Part shown: one piece after another, positions 1 through 13,525 of the stretch
Numbering within the stretch: position 1 is the first letter of the stretch
Layout: each line of letters opens with the position of its first letter
Assembly (NCBI RefSeq): GCF_004010195.1
Contig: NC_057718.1
Coordinates: 44,678,143-44,742,142, forward strand
Origin: Chiloscyllium plagiosum
Lineage: Eukaryota
Reading direction: 5' to 3'
Length of the DNA stretch: 64,000 bases
Translations under genes and position numbers: made by a program
Notes under the pieces: model-generated
Told to the model about the DNA's origin: nothing
The model's input: the letters and a program-made list of their open reading frames with translations, nothing else
Databases searched by the model: none

Positions 1-430
1 CATTTGCCTGGATAAGTACAGCACCAATAACATTCAAAAAGCTCAACACTGTCTCAGATAAACCAATCCATTTGATTGTCCCTCCATTTAACACCTTCAA
101 TAGTCATTCCCTCCATCACTGAGACAAAATGGTGGGCATATGTTTCAGCTAAAGACCACTTTACTCACGCACAATCTCTAGGAATACAAAAGTAGCAGAT
201 ACATGAGAACACCACCACCTGCAAGTTCCCCTCCAAGCCATACTATTCTGCCCTTCTTTCACGATTGCTGGGTCAAAATCCTGAACACTCAGTCCTTCAC
301 AATAGTGTGCCTGTACCAATACCACATGGACTGTAGCAGTTTCAGAAAGCAGCATACTATCGCCTTCACAAGTGCAATTACAGATGGGTATAGGCAACCA
401 ATGATGCCCACATCGCATGAATGAATAAAA
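1..430 (+). mobile_element. 3' fragment of the same old LINE family
   Basis: Homologous to 17240-17630 (gaacaccaccacctgcaagttcccctccaagcca...gcccacatc..atgaatga). Confidence 0.75.
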
Positions 431-1958
431 GAAAACACTGACATTTTTAACAACAGGAAGTTTTTCTTCTAAAATCCATAAAGTTCAATTTTAAATTCCT
501 TGTCATTTGAAAGCCCTCTTTGACAGTTACTGAGAATTCCAATAACATTTCAAAGTTCTATGCACAAACGAGTCTACTTTAAATAACTCCTAAGGTCACT
601 TGGCCTCTCCAAAGCATTTATTACCTCTTCCAACTGCATCGGACATCTCCTAAACGTGTCCCAATATTACATCCAAAAGAGTACCCAAATTCTCCAATGA
701 AATCTGCTAAATTCAGACTATATTCTGCAAAATCGAATGTACGCAGCTTATCTTTTGGACATCCCAATAGCAAACATCAGACCGAACAAGGGTGCTGCAG
801 TTTAATACTGCAATACATTTGTGGGTCATGGACATCCAAAGAGAGATTCAGCTCAGTACCCTGTTGTAAAAATGGTAGATGCCAGGCTCAAGGATGGGAT
901 CACCAGCTTTGAGCCTCTAGCATAGTTTTTGTTGCAAAACAAAATCAGGCCTGAGGTGCTGTTGTAGCAGCCTGAGCTCTGCTGGAAGCTGTTTGTGCTG
1001 CAAGGATAGTTTTCCATAAGTGTGTTCATACAGGTTCCACATTGGAGAGGATGCGCTCAATGGTGTCTGGAAAATTTTCTGTCAAGTTTGAAGTGAACTC
1101 CTTCATCGTCCTTTGTATTGTGCAAAAGCTTTTTGGCTGACATTCCAATGCATTAAGCATCTTGTTATGTGTGCTCATCAGCCTTCTTCTGAAACTTGAT
1201 GAATCAAAATCTTCACCTTGCTCCTTTCCAGCAAAATTAATGTGCGATTTCACCTGCTGGCAAGCTGGCACCTCTGATAGCTTTTCCCATACCCCAGCAT
1301 CTGCACACTTGTGCCCAGTGTCTCACCATGTGCAGGTCCCTCCTCTATCCTATATAACACATAGAGTGTGAATCTCTGAACTGGTAATGTGGAGTATTAG
1401 ATCTTGTGATAATGCCATTTCGTGGTGACTGTCTTCTTCCTCCTCCTCCTTTGATTAAGCAAGTGCCAGTTCTCAAGTATCTGAAATGCAAAAAGACAAG
1501 GATTGGGTAACAATGGGAGGACGATGAAGACCACACTACCAGCAGTATGGGACTCAAAAGGGAGATTATGGGAAAAGAGAGAAATGGGAAGAAATTAGGA
1601 GATGATGTAGGCAAATTTCCTCATCTTCAACCCCTCCAGTGCCACCTGCGACCATGTCCTCAGCAATGCCCCACTCTGAGCTTAAAAGAGGCTTAAAAGA
1701 TGCAGGTGTGTTTGTCCACCTCCAAGTTTCTGTTGCTATAACCTGTCATACACTAGTTTCTCTTACATTTTTCAGTGTCAGTAAGTGACTTGTAAACTTT
1801 AGTTTGAGTGATATAGTTATTGAAAAGTAGCTGACAGTATGTTTGAGCTCTACGTTGTAGGTGTAAGGCTTGCAACTATGAGAGAGTGAGGTCAACATGT
1901 GTTGACTGTTGATAAATAAGTGACAAAGTTGTGGTGAATTGAGCAATGGATGCGTTTA

Positions 1959-2258
1959 ATAGAATCCCTAAAGTGTGGAAACAGGCCATTCAGTCCATCG
2001 AGTCCACACTGATCCTCCAAAAAGCATCCCATCCAGATGCAACCCCCTCTACCCTATCCTTGTAACCCTGCATTTCCATGCTGATCCACCTACCCTGCAC
2101 ATCTTTGGATTGTGGGAGGAAACTGGACCACCTGTAGGAAACCCATACTGACACGGGGAAAATGTTCAAACTCCACACAGATTACTGTCTGAGGCTGGAA
2201 TCGAACCCAGATCCCTGATGCTGTGAAGCAGCAGTACTATCCACTGAGCAACCATGCC
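1959..2258 (-). mobile_element. HE1-like V-SINE
   Basis: tRNA-like head, V-domain (TGTGTGGAGTTTG..TTCCCCGTGTC..GGTTTCCTCCCACA) and CR1-like tail. Confidence 0.85.
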
Positions 2259-3979
2259 ATCAATTCATTGGGAACATCATTGGTTATACAATTTTAATGA
2301 ACTCAGTCACCTGGTTTCTTATCTTTATACTCCTCCCTGCACTGCATCAAAGTTCCTGAAACAACACACCAGATAACATTCCATTCTCCCTGTCAATGAT
2401 AGGATGAAGTCTGGGCCAGCCAACATTGTGGCATACATGCCCATCAGCATTCTCTGTATATTGCCCAATCAAGATCTATATCTGAGCCCTTTGCTGCAGA
2501 ACTCATCTACAAAGCCTGGAGAAATAACAAATGAATCATCCTTTTATCTTGGCGTGCCTACTCATGCCCAATGACACACTATGTGCTTATTCTAACTTTA
2601 TGCTGGCCTATAAGGTGTATATGCAGTTAATGGCATCAAATGTCAGATCCATTAATAAAGACTCCCTATCTGTTCTGGTGCTCTCTGTATGCTCTCCTTC
2701 AGCTGTTGTCAGTTGGCAGTTGACAGTTCTTGGGTGGCTGAAAGCAAGAAATCAAAAGAGGACAGTTGGTGTGAGATAAAGGGGATGGGTAGGAAGCAAG
2801 AGTTCTGCAGTCAGACTATCAGTAGCTTTATGAACTCACTAAGCAACTGATTTGATGTCTGCCGAGGAGTATTCAAAAGGGGCAGAAGTCAGGAACATAC
2901 TATGATCCTCAATGTTGTCAGAGATGCTGGGTGCTACAGACTCTGTTGCAGTTGGAACCACACTGCTGAGGGCTACCTCCTTGATGAGACTGTAGAGATA
3001 CAGGCATCCCTGTCCCCTCAGGCTCTACTCTGCTCACTTCAGTGCTACCTTCGTCTGAATGAGAGAAGATAAAACATGAGTGATTACATTGTGTTATGTT
3101 TGAGCAATGTGGCCTGGTCAGATTGCTGGAGGAGTATGATTGCAGTGAGAGGTGATGTGTGACTTGCAGGAGGACATTGGAGAGTTGAAGAGGCGAATCT
3201 GAATATTAGACATGTGAGTGCTAGAGTATGTCGATGAGTCACTGATCACAGTGTGATGCATTGAACTGAAGGTGGTGGGTAGGGAATGTCATATAAAGAT
3301 GCATTCACTGACCTCGCCAATCCATTTGGATGGTCCTTCAACTTCTTGTGTGACTGCTTTCAAGTTCAGACACTGGGAAGTAGTCCCCTTAGCCACCTGC
3401 TCTCGCTCCCTTCTGAAGGTGTTGATGGAAATTAATTGGTTTCCTAAGTTACCATGTGACCCCCTCCTCCTGCCCATTTTCATCACTAATGTCACAGCAT
3501 TGACCGATCAGCTTGAAAATCTATTATTCAGTAATGCTTATCTTTAAAGGGGGAAGACCATGTATAATCAATACAATACTATCACAGAGGAACCAAGACC
3601 ACCAAGAGGAAACTAGCAGTACAAAACCTGCTCAGTGGATACTACAATCAAATGTTCATGCTTAAACAACACATTGAAATAGATTTTAGCTCTCCTCCAT
3701 TGTTAATAAAGTCATAACCAAACATTGAAAATTATTAATATCACAAGACAATTCACTACTCCTTTTAGAAATTCATAGAATTTAGACATTTTCCCTCAAC
3801 CAATACAGAATCCAAATCCATAGTCATCAGAAAACCACCACAAAATATACAATTAAGATCATTTGAAAAGACTGGGCCCAGGCCTCATTATTCAACTGAC
3901 AAGCATTCGTTGCCAGAATTGCATCAATGCTGGGCCAGACATAAAAGAAAGAAATTAGTTTTATTTCTATCACATTTTT

Positions 3980-4260
3980 CATAATCCAAAATCCTGTGAA
4001 AAATAGTTGAAATGCAGTCATTGTTGTAATGAAGGGAAACACAAAGGCCAATTTGCAGTTAGCTAGATTACACAAAAACAATGATATAAATGACAAGGTT
4101 AGAATTTGTTTTAAACATGGTCTTTTTTGAAACAATATTGACAAGAACATATGAGACCTTGCCCTGCTCATCTTCAAACAGCACCACAGGATTTCGTTAA
4201 TGTTCAATGTTTTAACATGAAACAACACTGCTTCCTGAATGCTACATTGAAGTATCAAGC
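3980..4260 (-). mobile_element. Ancient Deu-domain SINE-like remnant
   Basis: Reverse complement resembles 41200-41400. Confidence 0.5.
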
Positions 4261-4426
4261 AACATTAGGGCCTAGATTTTTGCAGAGTCATGGAGGCCTT
4301 AAATAAGATGGTGCCATGACATTGTATCTGAAGCTCCTTTTCCATCTTCAACACATCCCAGTTTCACAGAGAGAAGAATGAGATGGAACCTACTGAGACA
4401 TGGATGAAACTCAAACCCATCAGGGC

Positions 4427-4981
4427 TGAAATAATTCTGCAGAGGCTAGTAACCCACCACCAAGTCACCCTTTATTTAAACATGCATAGTAGTTGACACT
4501 GGTCTGGCTTCCTCAGAGCCAACTCTCAGAGTGAACAGAACCTCTGACACTCCTGTTTATTTTTTAAAGTTTTATTAAACAATTACAAAACAGTTTACAA
4601 AAAACAGTTAACATTTACAGCTGTATACAACAGCAATTTTACAAGGGAGAGGAGCAACAAAGCCAGGCGCCAAACCCTACCGTTCAACCAGTTTACAGAG
4701 AGATGAGGACAAACTCAAATCCCCACATTCCTGTTTTTTTTTCTCTTTTACCCCACACTACCGCCTAACTGCGGTCGTGCTTATTTTTTCCCCAGCACCC
4801 ATGTTGTGTGTGTGCAGGTGTGAGACACAGTGAGAGACACAAGGTGTACGAATCTTTATTCAGTGTCACTCCTGTGTATATGTGACAGCCAGGGCTCCTT
4901 GATTGGACTAGATTAACAGCCAATCAGGGGACTCATATATTCTATGAGGTCCACCTGGCTGACCTTGTTACAATCACTACA
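4427..4981 (-). mobile_element. Probable solo LTR interrupted by a ~305-bp insertion
   Basis: TG...CA termini and AATAAA on the minus strand. Internal duplication CACTCCTGT(T/G)TAT at 4548-4560 and 4867-4879. Confidence 0.45.
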
Positions 4982-5600
4982 AGCCATTTGAAACACAGTG
5001 CTGAGTTCAAGGAGATTTTGAGTTTGCTGCAACCAAGGGTTTATGTCACAATATGTGACTTACATTTTTTTTAAGAGTAAATATAAATACTCGTAAAAGG
5101 ATACAGTCTGTGGAAGTCAAGTCGTCAAGCTATTTAAATGGCAAGCATGTACATTCACAAAGTCTATCTATTGGTTGAAAAATATCTGTGTTGGCAGCTT
5201 CAAGAGATCACAAACTTAAGTATTGTCACTTTAGCATTATTAATGCTTTGACAACTTGTGATTATCACAGTGGAGGGAATGTAAGTTCATAGTTTAACTG
5301 ACAACTCTAAAATAATATTAAATAATTAACTTTCTTTGATTTGGGGTTAATATAGATGTCTTTTTTAAAGGATTAAGTACTTAAGAGATTAGTCCTTTTT
5401 ATCGATAAGCATTGTCTTTATATCGTGAAATCTGTAGTAGACCATTTAAACTTTATTTTGTTTCATCTTAGCATGATTTCTGAGACTTGCCTTGTGGATT
5501 GAGTTGGTAAAGCTTGTAAAGCCAAAGGGTGTGGGTGGGTATGTTAGCATAAGTTGTCACAAATTTGACTAAATGGTTATAAAAGGATGTGATTTTGGAA

Positions 5601-5895
5601 TAGATTCCCTACAAGTCCACACCGACCCTCCGAAAAACAATCTACCCAGACCCATTCCCCTACATTTACCACTTCACCTAACACTACGTGCAATTTAGCA
5701 TGGCCAATTCACCTAACCTGCACATTTTTTTGGACTGTGGGAGGAAACCAGAGCACCCGGAGGAAACGGAGAGAATGTGCAAACTCCACACAGACAGTTG
5801 CCTGAGGCAGGAATTGAACCCGGGTCTCTGGCGCGGTGAGGCAGCAGTGTTAACCACTGTGCCACTGTGCCGTTCACTGTGCCACCGTGCTGCCC
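5601..5895 (-). mobile_element. HE1-like V-SINE
   Basis: Same head, V-domain and tail; short duplication in the head. Confidence 0.88.
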
Positions 5896-6667
5896 ACATG
5901 TGGATGGGAGAAGGCTTGAAGATGCCATGAGCTGGAATGGATGGAGCCTGAGAATAGTCACCATTGATCCATGCCCATATCCTGACACCAGAATGCAGTC
6001 CAGCACCTCCACTCCCACAACACATGGCTGTCCCTGAATGAAGAATCATTTATTCATTGCACTTTTTTTGTTAAGTTGTATGTGGAATGTCAGAAAATTT
6101 CCCAATTTTCTGACATTCCACAAATGCCTCAGAAGCTAAAATCCACAGCAAGATGTTCAAGTCTCCGAGGTGAAGTTACATCATAACCCTCTGACTAATT
6201 GAGTACTACAACTGAGCTAATGTTGGCATACAGTCCGGAGTGTGTTTTCCTAATTATTTCTTGAGATGAGGGGGTCATTGGCAGAGCCAGGTTTTAGTAC
6301 TCATCTCTAACTGAAGTGAATCTCTTGCTAGACAATTGTGGATGGAAATGAAATGTCAACCATGGCTGTGCATTTGGTGTCACACGTAGGCCAGACCAGA
6401 ATTGCAGATTTTATTAATAGAGTTTAAATTCGAACCAGAACATGGTGGGATATAAACACTTGTCCCAAAAACATCAACTTTGGGTTTGAGGATTTTTAAC
6501 ACCGATACATTACCATCACATGTCCTTCTTTCATAAAACCATTAGACTCCATGAAAGGATTAATAGTTTATGAAAAACAGAGAGAAGAAGGCTATGTATG
6601 ATTGTCTTCAGGAAGTTTACATTTAATGGTATGTCTGCGTAACAAGAAAATAAAAATAGCAGCATCA

Positions 6668-6967
6668 AGCCTCGGGTGACTGTCTGTGTGGAGTTTGCAC
6701 ATTTTCCCTGTGTCTGCGTGGGATTCCTCTGTGTGCTCTGGTTTCCTCTCACAATCCAAAGATGTGCAGGTCAGGTGAATTGGTCATGCTAAATTGCTCG
6801 TAGTGTTCAGGGATGTGTAGGTTATGTGCATTAGTCAGGGATAAATATAGAGTACCAGGCTAGGGGAATGGATCTGGGTGGGTTACTCTTCGGAGGGTCG
6901 GGTGTGGACTTGTTGGGCAAAGGGCCTATTTCCACACTGTAGGGATTCTATGGATTCTAGGGATTCA
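6668..6967 (+). mobile_element. HE1-like V-SINE, 5'-truncated
   Basis: V-domain plus (GGATTCTA)n tail. Confidence 0.85.
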
Positions 6968-7105
6968 AACAAGAGAGGAAATCATTATTGAGGCAATAAT
7001 GAGAATCTTTTAAATAAGAAGGAGTGACCCTTTCAGGGTAGGAGGAGAAAAACCAGCAAGCCATACTGAAATACTTTTTTGGAACAACTTTGTTTGGAAA
7101 CTTCA

Positions 7106-7108
<3 letters not shown>

Positions 7109-7139
<31 letters not shown>
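7109..7139. repeat. (AT)n microsatellite
   Basis: Direct reading. Confidence 0.95.
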
Positions 7140-7145
<6 letters not shown>

Positions 7146-10100
7146 TGTAAATATTGAACATATTATACTATGTCTAATCAGCTATGTTTTAACAATGGAT
7201 TATGCAAGCAGAAATATCCCACTGGTGAAAATGCCAAGAGCTGCTCAGATACACTTAAAAATAAGTCTTCAGTTTTATGCAAATACAGACCTAATTCAAT
7301 TCACACTGATGGCCATTGCCAACAAGAATGGGAAAATTCATATTCTCCCAATATACTAATTTGGTTCAGTATTTCCATTGTGGTGGCTGGCTGGACTAGA
7401 CCTCTTTGCTGTGCTTCAAGTAATATTAATCATCCATTTGTTTCAATGCTTGAAAATCAGTGCAAAAAACTGAAAAAGTGTGTTTTTTTTATGCACTAAC
7501 ATAAGCAAATAAATGTCTGTATGTGTGACAAGATGTGTTACAGCAAGATGCCAAGGCTCACTTGGCAACACCTGTCAATTCCACAAACTCAATTATCTGG
7601 AAGAACAAGGGTAGTATGCAGACAAAAAAATCACCATCTAACAATTCCTTCCAAGTCATGCTGCATTCTAATATATATTGTCATTCCTTTACTGTTGCAG
7701 GGTCAAAATTCTGGAAGTGGATTCCAAAATGTTACTGCATTTCAGGTCTCATTTAAAGAAAACCTAAAATTTAGGTTTTAAAGAAAAATCATAACTTAAT
7801 AAACTAGGTGGAAGAATCAGAGTTAAAACAGTTTGGTTATTGGCTTTGGAAACAATCAGTGGAAGTGAATTACTTTTCTCCACTTTATAGACCTCTTATA
7901 ATTTTGTTTTGAATCTCAGGGGAATCAGATAATTGTACTGAGTCAATGATTTGAAAAGCATATGACTTCTATGGTTTAAATTAAAAATACATGTTTATTC
8001 AATGTAGAGAAAAGGAAAGTTAAAGGGCAAGGATAAGAACAGAATTAAATATTAAGCTATAGATGATTTATGCCCCTATAAATAGAAAACTATGGCACCA
8101 TTTAGGATCATATAGAGGAAATTTAAACATGTTATTTCAATTAAGCTGTTTTCAAAATATAAGTTTCTTGCATGTTCTGATTTTATAAAGATTCCCTAAT
8201 AGTACAAACTCCTCTAAATGATTATTCTAATTACCATAGTTTCAATATTTAAAAATAATCAAAACGTGGATTTAAGTTATAAAAGAAATAAAACACAATC
8301 ATTGTGTTTTGCACATTAATAAGAACATATGAGTACCTTCAAACCTTCAACTTTGAATTTTGAACGTTGTTTGGAAACAGTCCTGGGATTCTGTTTCCTC
8401 TCATATTTTCTTGTATGAAGACTGTGGTGGAAATGAGTAGTTTGATGAGATACACTTGAAGTGGATGAAGAAAGCTTAAAGAAGGGATCAGGACAGGAAA
8501 AAAAGTAAAGGAAGAATAAGCTATGTTAAAAAATTTATACTTGTGTACATTTCTTTTCTGTAGCTTTTCCCTTCTTGTTGCCATGTGTTTGTGACATTTT
8601 GTCTGAAAGTTTTGTTATAAAATCCTATTCCTATATTAATAACAGAAAATACCTATGTAAACCTTTTATCTTACTACAACATGGCTCAGAGGTTCCATAA
8701 CATGACCTTTCTTTAAATTAAAATTGTTTTACAACCAGTACTTTTGTCTCAGTAATTCATATTTGTAATGTCCAAAACAATTGTTGAAACAGTATATTCA
8801 TACGTATACCTAGAGAAGGATGCTGTGAGAAAGATTATGATTGTGCAGTCTGAATATATGTAGTGTACCCAATGGTTCACATTATACCATGTTGTTCAGT
8901 CTGCAATACTGAAAAGCAATTTTTCTTTTGCTCTGACAATTTCTGCTGAGAGGTTCTTAAAGTTATTTGAAAGAAAGCTGGGAATGAAAAGCCAAAACTT
9001 TCCTGCGGTAAAATTTGCAATGCTTTTTTTCACACTGCTCATTCAGGAAGAAACAACAGTGTTTTGATTAAACACCTGTTCCATTACTTGTTTTAAGTTC
9101 GATAATATTTAAAAGTGAGAGAGACTAAGAATATGGAGAGAGTAAAGGGAACTTTAACAACAGAATCTCGAGTAAGTTAGAGAGTTTGGCGAGGAAGTGA
9201 AATGGATTACGTTTCCTAATAATTTTCTTTGAAAAATCACCACTTTAATTTTGAAATTAACTGATTACATTTATTTTATTTTGCTATAAATGATCACTGG
9301 ATGCTTCCACCAGATAGAGGAGAGAATCTTAACTCAGTCATCTATTTTTGAGAGAAAACAATGAATATTGTGGTAGACTTCCTGCCCTCAAACTAGAGCA
9401 GAGTTCCATCGTAAACATCCAGGATGCCAAACAGGAGTGCTCCTGTGCACCTTAATGCATTTGTGGTCCAAAAAAGATTTGTGATCTGGATGGACTCTTC
9501 AGATCAGACCTCAGCATTGGAGGTGGCAGATTTCCCACTTCCCTCAATGAAAAGACTGCAGCAAAACGCTTGTTTGGTGTCCAGTATCAGGTAGCATTTA
9601 TTCAACTCAAAGCTAATTTTGGTTCGGGTCCATAGATATTTCTGGTATAACGTGATGGGTGTGTTCCTATGGAGCCTAGCGCTCTGCAAAATCGTGCTAT
9701 AGAGAATCACTATACTTGTGCAGTAGATAGTTTGTGCTATCCAAACAGCAACCACTATTCATCAGTCGCGTTAGAGTCAATTCGCATTGACGAAGCACAC
9801 ATTACACCAGAAATACCTGTACTTGGAATGCCAGCAATAGACATCCGTCCATTTATTAGATGCTTACTTTGGCTCTTTTGCATTTCATTAAATTCTATCT
9901 CCTATTAGACAATGGGTGTGGGGGAAAGAAACAATAAAGAGAAATAAATTATCATGTCACTTTCTAATTTTATTTTATTTTTAAGTTGACTTTTCAAAAA
10001 TGAGCAAATCCTCTGTAAGAAATGGAGGGTACGTGAGAAGACAAGCTAATTGAGGATTCGGACATATCTAACCATGTTCTAACTGCTATGTTTCAAACAA

Positions 10101-10432
10101 GTGGGATTGGGGACATGAATGAAGAACAAAGGGTCTGGTTAATAACAGCAGTGCAAGGGGAAAGGGAGATTAAAAGGATTTGAGTGTTTGATTGAAGGTT
10201 TGGTAGAAAGAGGAATGGATAGTGGGATATAATTTGGGGGACCAAGTGAGATTGAGAAGATGGATGCAGGTGAAAGAAATTAGTGAAGTTATGGTAGGGG
10301 AAATCACAAAGGGCCATATTTTCTATGCAACCCAATGCCAAATGCAGCCTACAGCTTTAGTGGTTGCTTTCACTTCCATTTCATCTCATCTAATGTAGTG
10401 TTCCTTTAAGTGACCGTGACTGTAATCTGTAT

Positions 10433-10826
10433 ACATCACCTGTATACAACTCGGCCTGGGCAATCACAAAGGCCAACCTCCCATCTGTAGAATCCATCTA
10501 CCAGGCCCGCTGTCAAGGAAAGGCCGCCAGCATTCTCAAAGATCCATCCCACCCTTGCAATGTTTTTCTACCATCGGGGAGAAGGTACAGAAGCCTGAAC
10601 ACACACACCAGCTGGTTTTGTAACAGTTTCTATCGTACTGTTGTTAGAATACTGAATGGATCCACAAACTCTTAACATTCGCCTGTACCTGTGTTTTTGT
10701 TTTTGCAGCTGTTTTACTTATCTATGCTATTTAACTCTGTGATCTGCCTCTATTGCTCGCAAGACAAAGCTTTTCACTGTGCCGCAATACAAATGACAAT
10801 AAATTCAATTCAATTCAATTCAATTA
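10433..10826 (+). mobile_element. Rex1/Babar-like LINE 3' end
   Basis: Encodes LPSVESIYQARCQGKAASILKDPSHP...PSGRRYRSL...NSFY, followed by AATAAA and an (AATTC)n tail. Confidence 0.8.
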
Positions 10827-10994
10827 ATTAGGTAGGATAAAATGTCACATATCACATGATACGGAGTTTTTGCATTGTGTTCGCTAATCAAGCAAGCTGT
10901 CTTTGTAGTAAGAGTTCTCCAGAAATGTACAAATACACCTGCAACCTTCAAATGAAATAACTCACATCATGTTCCTTTATTTTCACAACAAAAG

Positions 10995-11207
10995 CCAAAA
11001 GAACTGTGGATGTTGTAAATCAGAAACAGAAACAGAAATTGCTGAAAAGCTCAGCAAGCCTGTCAGCATCTTTGGAGAGAAATCAGAGTTAACGTTTCGG
11101 ACTAAGTGACCCTTCCTCAGAATTTTGAGGACAGGTCACTCAACCTGAACCTCTGTTTTCTCTCCACAGATGTTGTCAGGCCAGCTGAGCTTTTCTAGCA
11201 ATTTCTG
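10995..11207. mobile_element. Palindromic Penelope-terminus element of another family, with a hammerhead motif
   Basis: Inverted arms 11033-11120 and 11125-11207 around CCTCAGAATTTTGAGG. Minus strand reads CTGAGGAagggtcacttagtccGAAACGTTaac; the other arm is decayed. Confidence 0.75.
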
Positions 11208-11542
11208 GGGTTTTTTCAGTCCTACCTAAATGATTGACACCTTTACGTTGAAGGATATACACATTCTCACCTGACAGGGAAGAAGGGCAAAATATAGGAA
11301 AGCAGAAAAGGTAGAAAGAAAAGGGTGTAAGAAAAGAGACAGTGAAAGATATCTAAAGAAGGAAATGTAGAAAGAAAGAAAAATAGGAACAGAATGATAG
11401 CAGAGACATATTAGAGAGAGATAAAGAGACCCCAACCTGGAATGAACTGACCCCACATATATTAACAGGTGCAAGACAGGTATCTCAACAGACAATACAA
11501 AAGAAGGCTTGTGCATGCGCATTTCATATGATGGGACAATAC

Positions 11543-12160
11543 ATCATAGGAGCAGAAGTAGGCTATTCAGCCCATTGGTCTATTCCGTAATGAGATCATA
11601 GCTGATCAGATGATGCTCAACTCCACTTTCCTGCCTTTTTTGCATAATTTTTATCTCCCTACTATTTAAAAATCTGCCTATCTCAGCCTTGAATAAACAT
11701 AACTGCAACCTCTATAACCCTCTATGGTAAAGAATTCCACAGATTCAATACCCTCTGAGAAATGTAAGCCTCCAAATTTCGGTGTTAAATGAGTAATCCC
11801 TTACTCTGACATTATGCTCCCTTCCCAAAAAGGGAAACAACCTCTTTGCATCTACTTTGACAACCGCAAAAAAATCCTGTATGTTTCAATAAGGTCTCCT
11901 CCAATTCTTCTAAACTCTAATGATAAAAGCCCCACCTACTCATAACCTCCTCATGAAACAATTCTTCCATGCCTGGAATTAACCTAGTGAAACCTCTCTG
12001 GACTGCCTTCAATTCCAGTTCTCTCTCCTTAGATACAGGACGAAAACTGCTCACAGTATTCCAGTTGTAGTCTGACTAGTGCCTTATATAGATTTAGCAA
12101 GACCCCCTATTTTTATACTTCATTTCTTTTCAAATAAAGGCCAACAATCCATTTGCCTTA
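11543..12160 (-). mobile_element. Older CR1 3' fragment; continues at ~12670-13058
   Basis: Typical CR1 tail (cataggagcagaagtaggc...) and RT C-terminal remnants. Confidence 0.8.
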
Positions 12161-12169
12161 TTATTCCAT

Positions 12170-12612
12170 TAGACCATAAGACATAGGAGTGGAAGTAAGG
12201 CCACTCGGCCCATCGATCCACTCCGCCATTCAATCATGGCTGATGGGCATTTCAACTCCACTTACCCGCATTCTCCCCGTAGCCCTTAATTCCTTGTGAC
12301 ATCAAGAATTTATCAATCTCTGCCTTGAAGACATTTAGTGTCCTGGCCTCCACTGCACTCCGCAGCAATGAATTCCACAGGCCCACCACTCTCTGGCTGA
12401 AGAAATGTCTCCGCATTTCTGTTCTGAATTTACCCCTCTAATTCTAAGGCTGCGTGCACGGGTCCTAGTCTCCTCGCCTAATGGAAACAATTTCCTAGCG
12501 TCCACCCTTTCCAAGCCATGTATTATCTTGTAAGTTTCTATTAGATCTCCCCTTAATCTTCTAAACTCCAATGAATACAATCCCAGGATCCTCAGCCATT
12601 CCTCGTATGTTA
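12170..12612 (-). mobile_element. Young CR1 3' end, near-identical inverted copy of 21820-22265
   Basis: ORF 12335-12616 reads YEEWLRILGLYSLEFRRLRGDLIETYK. Direct reverse-complement match by eye. Confidence 0.92.
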
Positions 12613-12801
12613 ACAATCCCAGAATCTTGGGATTGAATCTAGGATCCCATGCTGATCTTGGATTCTAACCATTTGTGAATCATGCATGAGGACCCCCCAA
12701 ACCCATCTGTGCTACAGCTTTCAGCAGTCTTTCTCCACTTAAATATTTACTCATCTATTCTTCCTGCCAGACTGCATAACCTGCAATGTTCCCACACAAT
12801 G

Positions 12802-12978
12802 CAGAATAACCTTGGCTATCTGAACATCATTTATCTGAATTTTGGATTATCTGAACAACATCTCAAGGTTCTGTAAAAATGTAATCTGTTATCTGAATAT
12901 TCAGTTCCCCAAACAATCAGTTATCGAAACAAAATACTTCCTCCTCTCAATCTTGTTCAGATAGTCGAGGTTGTTCTA
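12802..12978. mobile_element. Tigger/pogo-like MITE inserted in a CR1
   Basis: 25-bp imperfect TIRs CAGAATAACCTTGGCTATCTGAACA / TGTTCAGATAGTCGAGGTTGTTCTA, a right-flank TA, and internal TATCTGAA repeats. Confidence 0.7.
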
Positions 12979-13059
12979 TATTCCATTTGCCATGTTTTTA
13001 CCCACTCACTTACGTATCAATATCCTATTGTAGACTCTCTGCATCATCCTCACCACTTA

Positions 13060-13525
13060 GGATGGGTGTCTGAAAAGCCCCCCAGGGCTGTCGGGCTGGC
13101 ATAAGCTGGTCATGGAACACATCCCTTTGGACTTTCTTACAAATATGACACACCATAAAACTGAGAATTTTTATAAGATATGGCTGTCCTTTTTGGACTA
13201 CTTAGGTACAGATTTTTATGTCGTACTAATAAGGGCCTGTATGTAGCCATGACAATTCTGTTTAATGAGTCTGCTATCCAGACAGGAGGGACTGCAATCA
13301 CATGAATATGTATAAATTTATGCTCTCAATGGTCAAGGGCTATTACTTTGCTTTGTTGAGCTGTATTATTATTATGGTCATTTTTTTTTAGTTAGTTATT
13401 AATTATTATTTATTTATTTAATCAGTGGGTTTTTTTTATATTGGTTCGAATTGTTTGTTTTGTATTTGTTGTAATGTCCAAAAAATATTCTCCTCTTTTC
13501 AATAAAGATATATTTTAAAGAAAAG
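13060..13525 (+). mobile_element. L1-clade LINE 3' fragment
   Basis: W..EKPP...WHKLVMEHIPLDFL...FYKIWLSF-like ORF2 C-terminus, T-rich UTR, AATAAA and an A-rich end. Confidence 0.55.

Noticed and set aside
700..3520. Possible Harbinger/Myb-like transposon remnant
   Set aside because: Only compositional hints; no convincing motif or TIR.
5810..5895. tRNA-like box A/B sequence
   Set aside because: It is a SINE head continuous with the V-domain, not a tRNA gene.
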